From a virus (Duplodnaviria > Caudoviricetes), in the IMG/VR virus record IMGVR_UViG_3300026260_000475, positions 1 to 64,000 of that record: a stretch of 64,000 nt of DNA. The stretch is one strand, 5' to 3'. The notes beneath the pieces were generated by a model. The model did no database searches and was not told the origin of the DNA. It was given only the letters and a program-made list of their open reading frames with translations. Positions 57,482 through 64,000 of this stretch are shown here, one piece after another. The position numbers and the translations under genes are program-made. The number at the start of each line of letters is the position of its first letter. The stretch's first letter is position 1.

Positions 57482-58012
57482 ATGATTAAGCTCAAAAAAT
57501 TACTCACAGAACATGCTTGGAGTAGGAGTTTTGGTGAAAGTTTACCAACTTTAGACTCAGTAAAGCAAAGACATCAAGAAAATAAAAAAACTACCTTAAA
57601 TGAAGCTACACGTTGGATAATGGGTATGGAAGGACCAAATGGTAAAATAGTATCTACTTACGGTCATTGGGATGGTTATCCTAAATATACAGGTAAAATG
57701 TTAAAAAAACATTATTCTAATACAGTTAAAGTAAAAGATTTATTGAAACTTGGTAAAGCTGGTATTTCTTCTATTAACAAAAAAATAAAAGGAACTAAAG
57801 ACCATACATTTAATAGTCCTGAAAAAGATGTTAGTGTATTTTATGGTCGTGACAGGGGTGAGAAAACTTCTTCAATACAAAAATTTAAAAATAGAGATTC
57901 AATAAAATGGAATATGGGAGAAGAATATGCGTATATTTGGAATACTAAAGATAATAAGTGGTATTATAGGTCGCGTCATTCGAATCCCCAAAAATGGACG
58001 GAGCTTAAATAA
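57482..58012 (+). CDS. Hypothetical phage protein with MIKLKKLLTE leader and Y.HWDGYP domain
   Basis: Basic/hydrophobic leader ending in E, an LNE linker, then ATRW...STYGHWDGYP..TG..L..HY; AAGGA SD. Confidence 0.65.
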   Translation: MIKLKKLLTEHAWSRSFGESLPTLDSVKQRHQENKKTTLNEATRWIMGMEGPNGKIVSTYGHWDGYPKYTGKMLKKHYSNTVKVKDLLKLGKAGISSINKKIKGTKDHTFNSPEKDVSVFYGRDRGEKTSSIQKFKNRDSIKWNMGEEYAYIWNTKDNKWYYRSRHSNPQKWTELK

Positions 58013-58013
58013 A

Positions 58014-58496
58014 ATGTTAACAACTTTTGATGAAATAATACAAATAACACTAGACCACGAAGGTGGATATGTTCACGACCCGACTGATTTAGGTGGTGAA
58101 ACTAATTTTGGCATAGCAAAACGATTCTATCCTGACGTAGATATTAAGAACCTAACAGAAGATGGTGCAAAAGAAATCTACAAAAGAGATTATTGGGATA
58201 AGAATAAAGTTGATGATGTACCTGATGATTTAAAACATATCTTTTTTGATATGTGTGTGAATCAAGGTAGAGGAACTGCCGTAAAGATTTTACAACGAGC
58301 TATTAATGCAAAGGGTGGTGATTTAACAGTTGATGGTGGATTCGGTCCAGGTACAAAAGCTGCTTTGGCAAAACATACACCTGAATTAGATAGAGTTCGT
58401 TGTTACAGATTAAAACATTACTATGATTTAGTAAACAAGAAACCCGAACAAGAACGATTTATATTTGGATGGTATAAAAGGGCATTGTCAGTATGA
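58014..58496 (+). CDS. Glycoside hydrolase family 108 endolysin with peptidoglycan-binding C-terminus
   Basis: HEGGYV.DP.D.GGETNFGI, A.EIY...YW, FD..VN.G, LQRA, DG.FGP.T, F..GW..R. ATG 58014. Confidence 0.92.
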   Translation: MLTTFDEIIQITLDHEGGYVHDPTDLGGETNFGIAKRFYPDVDIKNLTEDGAKEIYKRDYWDKNKVDDVPDDLKHIFFDMCVNQGRGTAVKILQRAINAKGGDLTVDGGFGPGTKAALAKHTPELDRVRCYRLKHYYDLVNKKPEQERFIFGWYKRALSV

Positions 58497-58765
58497 TTAG
58501 CTTAAAGTCTTTAATGAAAAATATGAAGGAAGCTAAAATTACTGCACCAAAGAAAGGTGTAGATACTCCACTTGACGCTAAGATACAAATACCTGGATAT
58601 GGTGTTATGACACGTAAACAATTAAAGGGTGGTATGCAGAGAATAGTTACTGAAGTTTCTAAGTATTTGAAAAAAGGACAAGTAGAGAATGCTTATAATG
58701 TTTTGTATAAACAGAGTGTATTAAAGGGATTTTTAGAAACTGATATAAAACATAACGGAAAATAA
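58493..58765 (+). CDS. Hypothetical protein with MISLKSL..MKE leader
   Basis: 90-aa ORF with ATGA coupling; leader resembles that of 57482. Confidence 0.6.
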   Translation: MISLKSLMKNMKEAKITAPKKGVDTPLDAKIQIPGYGVMTRKQLKGGMQRIVTEVSKYLKKGQVENAYNVLYKQSVLKGFLETDIKHNGK

Positions 58766-58767
58766 TT

Positions 58768-59376
58768 ATGAAGATTAAAAAATCAAAACTTATAGAAATG
58801 ATTCGTATTGAGTTGGAGGGATTCAAGAGTGATGCACAAAGGAGAGCTGCATTTGCTAGTGGATATAAGGCCAAAGGTAAGAAAAAGAAAAATAATGAAT
58901 CCGTAAATGAAGGTAAGATGAATCTTTCATTTTTGAAAATTCAAACTAAAAATTTAGCAACGGATGTACAAGATTTGTTTATAGCAGTTAAAGGTGGTGA
59001 TGAAGATGAAATTACATCTGAGTTAGACCAAGTTAAGTTTAGAATTGGTATGTTAAGAAAAAAAGGAATGGGATTAAGAGAATCCGTAAATGAAACTTTA
59101 CCCAATAGGGTTTGGATGGATCTTCGAAAAAAATATAGTACGAATGAATTAAAAAGATTTTTTAAAAAAGAATCCGTAAATGAAGGTGGAATGGGTGTTT
59201 TATCGAAAGACCAGGCAGATATATTACAGGGGTTAGTGATGAAACATAAGAACAAAAATCCTAAAGCTATTTATAATGTTGTTATGAAAAGTCCACATTT
59301 TAAGGGAGTAGATAAAAAAGAGATGTTAGGATATATTCATGGGGCAATAGCTTTTTCAAAATATATGAAGATATAA
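58768..59376 (+). CDS. Modular basic protein with three ESVNE linkers (putative capsid-internal protein)
   Basis: Leader MKIKKSKLIEMIRIELE; three identical GAATCCGTAAATGAA linkers at 58897, 59080 and 59170. Confidence 0.7.
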   Translation: MKIKKSKLIEMIRIELEGFKSDAQRRAAFASGYKAKGKKKKNNESVNEGKMNLSFLKIQTKNLATDVQDLFIAVKGGDEDEITSELDQVKFRIGMLRKKGMGLRESVNETLPNRVWMDLRKKYSTNELKRFFKKESVNEGGMGVLSKDQADILQGLVMKHKNKNPKAIYNVVMKSPHFKGVDKKEMLGYIHGAIAFSKYMKI

Positions 59377-60749
59377 TGCCTGCTAAGTCTAAAGCTCAAC
59401 AAAGATTTATGGGTATGGTTCACGCCTTTAATAAAGGTGAACTAAAAGGTTCAGAGGTATCTAAAGATGTAAAAGATGCCGCTAAATCTATGAAGAAGAA
59501 AGATACAAAAGATTTCGCTAAAACAAAACACAAGGGATTACCGAATAAAGTGAAAAAAGAAAATTTAATCAAATTAATTAAGTCTTATCTTAAACAAGAA
59601 TCCTTAAAAGAAAGTGGTATTATGTACCGTGCTGGAGTGAAGAAATACGGAAAAGAAGGAATGACCAAAATTGTCCAAGCTGCGGGAAGAAAAGCGTCAC
59701 ATGCTGAAATAGGTAAGATTAAAGATAAGTATGATAAAACAAAGAAGGAATCTACAGATGAAGGTTTTGGTGGAGATTTAAAAGGCAGTGATAAAAAGAA
59801 ATTTGAAAAAGCTAGAAAAGAAAATGGTGAACAATTAGGATATACATTATCAGGAACACCAGATGTAAAAGAAGAACGAGATTACAAGGCAGAATACAAA
59901 AAATATGGTTCATCTACTAAAGCAAAGAAATATAGAGCAGAATTAAACAAATATAATCGTCAAAAAGGTACTTATGGTAATGGAGATGGTAAAGATGCTT
60001 CACATAAAGGTGGAAAGATAGTGGGATTTGAAGCAGAATCAAAAAATAGAGGTAGAGCAGAAAAAAGTCGTTTGAAAAAAGAATCCATAAATGAAGCTAG
60101 AACTATTAATGTTGAACCTAATTGGGAAGGTATGTGGAGATTTTTTAAGCAGATGGCAATAACTAACCCAAGAGATTGGAAACGAATGGAACGCACAATG
60201 GGTAGTGATTGGAAAAAAATAGATAAAATGGCACAACAAAAAGGATGGAAATTTGAATCAGTAAATGAAACTGTAATAAAAGAAAATCTAATGTCATTTT
60301 ACAAATACATGGGTGATTTCTACGGAAAGAAAGGTATTTATCCTGATAAGAAAGGTAGGGATTTGAAGGTTGGGGATATAAACAAAGCCTTATCGGTTTA
60401 TCTCAAGAAGTATGGAACATCTGAATTCGAAGGTGATACTTTGGATAGAGAAAGAGTCCGTGATATTCTAATCAAGATGAGAAAGTTAGATCCTGATTAT
60501 TCTAAAAAAGAATCCGTAACTGAAGGTAAAAATCCAAAGAGAGAAAAAGTTAAAAAAGATTTTAAGACATCTTTAAATTTTGCAAAGGGTGCTATAAGAA
60601 AAATTGAAACATTTATGAAATCAGATTATTGGGGAATGGCAGATAGATATGTAACTGATAAACGAACTGGACTTGTATCTATTGTAAAAGATATGGAAAA
60701 ATCTATGAACCAAATCATAAAAATGCCAGTAGATGAATCCATAAATGAA
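58897..60749 (+). repeat. Dispersed in-frame 15-bp repeat GAATCCRTAAATGAA (E-S-V/I-N-E), nine copies including variants
   Basis: Copies start at 58897, 59080, 59170 (identical), 60081, 60735 (GAATCCATAAATGAA), 60255, 60510, and more degenerate 59598 and 59748. All are in the coding frame. Confidence 0.85.
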
Positions 60750-61274
60750 AGTGTTAGTAAAAGGATTACTGTAAAAGAAGTAAAGAAGTGGATGAAAACA
60801 CTCGAAGAATTTAGATATAAGAGGATAAGTCCTGTAGATGCTCGTAGAGTTACTTCATTTATTAATAATAAATTAAAAGAAGAAGAATTACCACAAAGTT
60901 TACAGAAAAAATGGTCAGAAGCTAAATATAGTAGAGAAAAATATTTAGCAGCGAGGTATTTAAAATCAAATAAAAATACTATTAAAGAATCTAAAGATTG
61001 TTGTGATAATTGTAAAGAAGAAAAAACTTGTTGTTCTGTAAGTGAAGAGATACAACCACAAGGTAATATTAAAAAAGTTCTTGATGTTGTAAAAAACAAA
61101 CAACATACAAAAATTGGTGGAACTCTCATAGATGCTACGACAGCAGGTATGATGGCACAAGTATGGGATAAGGTAAACGATTCAAGTAAAGAAAAAATGA
61201 ATAAGATGAATGTAAAACAACTCATTAATCTAATTTTAAAATTATGGAAAGCAGTAGGAACACCACGATTATGA
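59376..61274 (+). CDS. Modular Lys-rich polyprotein-like protein with ESxxE linkers (putative capsid-internal protein)
   Basis: Starts MPAKSKAQQRFMG...FAKTKHKGLP; unrelated short modules joined by ESLKE, ESTDE, ESINE, ESVNE, ESVTE and ESINE. Confidence 0.7.
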   Translation: MPAKSKAQQRFMGMVHAFNKGELKGSEVSKDVKDAAKSMKKKDTKDFAKTKHKGLPNKVKKENLIKLIKSYLKQESLKESGIMYRAGVKKYGKEGMTKIVQAAGRKASHAEIGKIKDKYDKTKKESTDEGFGGDLKGSDKKKFEKARKENGEQLGYTLSGTPDVKEERDYKAEYKKYGSSTKAKKYRAELNKYNRQKGTYGNGDGKDASHKGGKIVGFEAESKNRGRAEKSRLKKESINEARTINVEPNWEGMWRFFKQMAITNPRDWKRMERTMGSDWKKIDKMAQQKGWKFESVNETVIKENLMSFYKYMGDFYGKKGIYPDKKGRDLKVGDINKALSVYLKKYGTSEFEGDTLDRERVRDILIKMRKLDPDYSKKESVTEGKNPKREKVKKDFKTSLNFAKGAIRKIETFMKSDYWGMADRYVTDKRTGLVSIVKDMEKSMNQIIKMPVDESINESVSKRITVKEVKKWMKTLEEFRYKRISPVDARRVTSFINNKLKEEELPQSLQKKWSEAKYSREKYLAARYLKSNKNTIKESKDCCDNCKEEKTCCSVSEEIQPQGNIKKVLDVVKNKQHTKIGGTLIDATTAGMMAQVWDKVNDSSKEKMNKMNVKQLINLILKLWKAVGTPRL

Positions 61275-61699
61275 AAATAAGTGTAAAAGAATTAAAGCAA
61301 GCAATAAAAGAATCACCAGAAGCTTTTAATAATACGTTAACCTATAATGAATTAGAAGAAGTTATTCAAGAAGCATATGAAAATGGATTTTTTGAAGATA
61401 TAACTTTGGAAGATATCGCTGATACAAAACAGTTTAGTACTATGATGGAAGCTTTTTTATCAGAACTTAAATTTAAACGAGTTATTAGAGGTAAGAAGAT
61501 TTTTAAGAAAGTTATTTGTCCTAAAAATAAAAAGTTTGTTAAACCATTAAACAAATGCGTTCAAAAATCTGCCAAAGAGAAAATCAAAAAGAAAAAAGCT
61601 ATGAAAAAGGCCGCTATAAAGAGGCGTGGTAAAATGGGTATGATATTACGGAAACGATTAAAGTCATTAAAGAAACGTGCAGCATTTGGTCTTAAATAA
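61271..61699 (+). CDS. Hypothetical protein, acidic N-half and very basic C-half
   Basis: ATG 61271 by ATGA coupling; leader MKISVKELKQAIKE; LSE junction, then a K/R-rich region with two Cys. Confidence 0.65.
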   Translation: MKISVKELKQAIKESPEAFNNTLTYNELEEVIQEAYENGFFEDITLEDIADTKQFSTMMEAFLSELKFKRVIRGKKIFKKVICPKNKKFVKPLNKCVQKSAKEKIKKKKAMKKAAIKRRGKMGMILRKRLKSLKKRAAFGLK

Positions 61700-64000
61700 T
61701 GAACAAATTAACAGAATGGTTAACTAAACCCTTTATTGAAGATTTAAATGAGGATGTAAATTTACCTATTAATGTTGGTGATACTGTTAAGATGGGTAAG
61801 TTTAAAAATAAAAAGGTTGTAGTTAAAAAAATAGACTGGAATGAAAAAGGTGATTTACTAATCAATGGTAGACCAGCCTTAAAATTTAGAATGACAAAAG
61901 ATTCCAATCTTGATTTCAATAATAAATCAGAACAATTAAAAGAAGGTGTTGAGGATAAAGGTATCTTTAAAGCAGTATTCTTAGCAGGTGGTCCAGGAAG
62001 TGGTAAGACATTTGTTAGTAGACAACTATTTGGTATGCCCGATAGTGTGAATATTAGTATGAGTGGTATGAAAATGGTTAACTCGGATAAAGAGTTAAAA
62101 CATTTGTTAAAAAAATACGGATTCGGTACAGACTTAGATAAAATGCCTGATGATTTATTCAAACAACTTACAGACCCTACAGATAAAGATTATAGTGGTT
62201 TACGAGATTTTTCGAAAAGTCTAACTAAACAACGAAAGAAATTATATAAAAAAGGTAGACTTGGAATGATTATTGATGGTACAGGTCATAAGTGGAAAAA
62301 TGTTAAAAGTGATAAAGTAGAATTAGAAAAACTTGGTTATGATACTTATATGATTTTTGTTGATACTTCATTAGAGGTGGCACAAAAAAGAAATCAAGAA
62401 CGAGATAGAATTTTACCACCAAATTTGTTAAAGAAATCATGGCAAGATGTTCAGAAAAATCGTGGAGCATTTAAATCATTATTTAAAAACAATTTTATTG
62501 AAATTAAAAATAATGAAACATTAAATGATAAACAAATTGAGAAAAAATTTGGTAGTTTAACAAGAAAATATATTAATGTATTTATGAATAAACCAATTAA
62601 AAGTCAAATTGCTAAAAATTGGATTAGGAAACAACAGATATTAAAGAAAAACGAGTCTATTGGATTAGATGCTGGTGGTGGTATTATTAATGGTTCACCA
62701 GATTCTAAAAAAGTAAAGAAAAATAAAACTGATAGAATGAGTGGTTATGAAAAAGTTAGTGAAATTTTTCCAAAAGGGGCTGGTCGTAAGGTAAGTAAAG
62801 CTCTTCAAAAAAAATCACCCACAATCAAAAAAGTTGTTGGTATATATCCAGGTAGATTTCAACCATTCGGTCCTCATCATAAAAAAACTTATGATTGGTT
62901 AAAGACACAAGTTGATGATGTTTATATAGTTACATCTAATCTTAAATCCTTACCAAGACACCCAATGAACTTTAAAGAAAAAGTTAGACATATGGTAAAA
63001 ATGGGTATTCCAAAAAGTGAGATTAGTCAAGAGAAAAATTTATATGGTGTAAAGGACGCATTAACGGGATATGATAAAGATACAACTGCAGTAATTTATG
63101 TTGTTGGAAAAAAAGATGCTGGTAGATTAAAATCTGGTGCATACTTTGATGATTATAAAAAGAATAAGGATAGTATGGTGGGATTTAAAGAACGTGGATA
63201 TATTCTCACAGCACCACACGTTGCAATGAAGGCCGCAGGTATGGAAGTTAGTGGAACTTCTATGAGACAATTACTTGGGTCACCAGAATACGAAGATGAT
63301 AGAAAACGGAGATTTAAAAAATTCTTTGGTTACTTTGATCAAGGTGTTTATAATATGATGACTAATAAGTTTAAAAAGTTATTTGAATCAATAGATGATT
63401 TTTTAATTAATAACCCTGACACTATTCCAAATCTTTTAAACGAAGCATCTACCACTACAGCATTTGGTATTGATGATGGACCTCCAACTTTTTATAATAG
63501 TTTTGGTGATTATAAAGTTATAGTTAATAAGTGGGTTGATGAACTTTATAGTGATATGGGATGGGAAGTAGTAAGTTATATGATAGGAGATAAAGCTATT
63601 GACCCAGGATTTGATTACACATCAAAGACTGATACCGTACCAGCTGTTGCTTATGGAAAAAGAGGTACAGGAGCGTATGGTGAAAGATTTGGAGAAAAGG
63701 ATCCAATTAAAGCATATAAGAATCATATTTCATATGTGATAGATGGATTAGGATTTGAAGTTTTAGATTGGTTAGGATTTACTAAAGATGGTAAAGAGAC
63801 TACAGGAGTTGATGTGGAAGTACCAGTAGGTTTTGGAGTAGATGGGAAGAATCAAAATACAGATAGAAAGAAAAATTTAGCACTTACATCAAAGGAAGAT
63901 AAACAAGGTGATTCACTTACTGCAATTGATGCTAAGTTGGATATGAGAAAAAAGGGAGTTAAACAAACAATAGTTATACCACATAAAAAATCTCGTAAAA
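61699..64000 (+). CDS. Large multidomain protein (3' partial): zeta-toxin/AAA_33-like P-loop kinase plus cytidyltransferase-like nucleotidyltransferase
   Basis: Translated by hand: open from ATG 61699 to the window end. KAVFLAGGPGSGKT (GGPGSGKT at 61987-62010), VNSD, IIDGTG, FVDTSLEVAQKRNQER; IYPGRFQPFGPHH (GRFQPFGPHH at 62851-62880), VGKKD, SGTSMR. Confidence 0.85.
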   Translation, partial: MNKLTEWLTKPFIEDLNEDVNLPINVGDTVKMGKFKNKKVVVKKIDWNEKGDLLINGRPALKFRMTKDSNLDFNNKSEQLKEGVEDKGIFKAVFLAGGPGSGKTFVSRQLFGMPDSVNISMSGMKMVNSDKELKHLLKKYGFGTDLDKMPDDLFKQLTDPTDKDYSGLRDFSKSLTKQRKKLYKKGRLGMIIDGTGHKWKNVKSDKVELEKLGYDTYMIFVDTSLEVAQKRNQERDRILPPNLLKKSWQDVQKNRGAFKSLFKNNFIEIKNNETLNDKQIEKKFGSLTRKYINVFMNKPIKSQIAKNWIRKQQILKKNESIGLDAGGGIINGSPDSKKVKKNKTDRMSGYEKVSEIFPKGAGRKVSKALQKKSPTIKKVVGIYPGRFQPFGPHHKKTYDWLKTQVDDVYIVTSNLKSLPRHPMNFKEKVRHMVKMGIPKSEISQEKNLYGVKDALTGYDKDTTAVIYVVGKKDAGRLKSGAYFDDYKKNKDSMVGFKERGYILTAPHVAMKAAGMEVSGTSMRQLLGSPEYEDDRKRRFKKFFGYFDQGVYNMMTNKFKKLFESIDDFLINNPDTIPNLLNEASTTTAFGIDDGPPTFYNSFGDYKVIVNKWVDELYSDMGWEVVSYMIGDKAIDPGFDYTSKTDTVPAVAYGKRGTGAYGERFGEKDPIKAYKNHISYVIDGLGFEVLDWLGFTKDGKETTGVDVEVPVGFGVDGKNQNTDRKKNLALTSKEDKQGDSLTAIDAKLDMRKKGVKQTIVIPHKKSRK

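Noticed and set aside
58897-60749. 15-bp repeats as a CRISPR array
   Set aside because: The repeats are too short, non-palindromic, in-frame within genes and irregularly spaced (75 to over 400 nt), and there are no cas genes.
2501-62162. Short minus-strand and nested ORFs in the track (e.g. 9058-9342, 10299-10613, 60626-61225, 61692-62162)
   Set aside because: All lie inside well-supported + strand genes, have low-information F/L/S/I-rich translations and show no motifs. 61692-62162 is the shadow of the real 61699 gene.
1-64000. Stop-codon reassignment, as seen in some large phages
   Set aside because: Genes are full length in code 11, and TAA, TAG (e.g. 9391, 11961, 40348) and TGA all end genes right at the next start.

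Overview
AT-rich, gene-dense window with every credible gene on the + strand and mostly overlapping start/stop codons. It most likely comes from a large tailed phage, but this is inferred: there is a GH108 endolysin and T4-style E-cleavage repeats, but no capsid, terminase or polymerase gene in view. About 57 kb (1-57406) is one contiguous glycan-synthesis and tailoring island. It holds 12 complete radical SAM genes plus one partial (six with N-terminal twitch domains, two B12-dependent), nine SGNH-like domains, seven paralogs of an uncharacterised 'ET..EK..KP..HPF' family, and three GT7 galactosyltransferase-like proteins with an inserted LamG domain. It also holds a GT-B enzyme, nucleotide-sugar enzymes (Ugd, Gmd, RmlC, three SDR epimerases/reductases, a cytidylyltransferase), a stand-alone truncated TPP E1 alpha/beta pair, four 2OG-Fe(II)/cupin oxygenases, a PLP enzyme, a methyltransferase and a carbamoyltransferase. 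A single structural-looking Hint-domain protein lies inside the island, and a riboswitch-like RNA element precedes gmd. From 57482 there is an endolysin and a set of modular, probably capsid-internal proteins whose modules are separated by a 15-bp GAATCCRTAAATGAA (ESVNE) repeat. The window ends in a kinase plus nucleotidyltransferase polyprotein that the ORF track missed. All calls are from motif reading by eye; no database searches were run.
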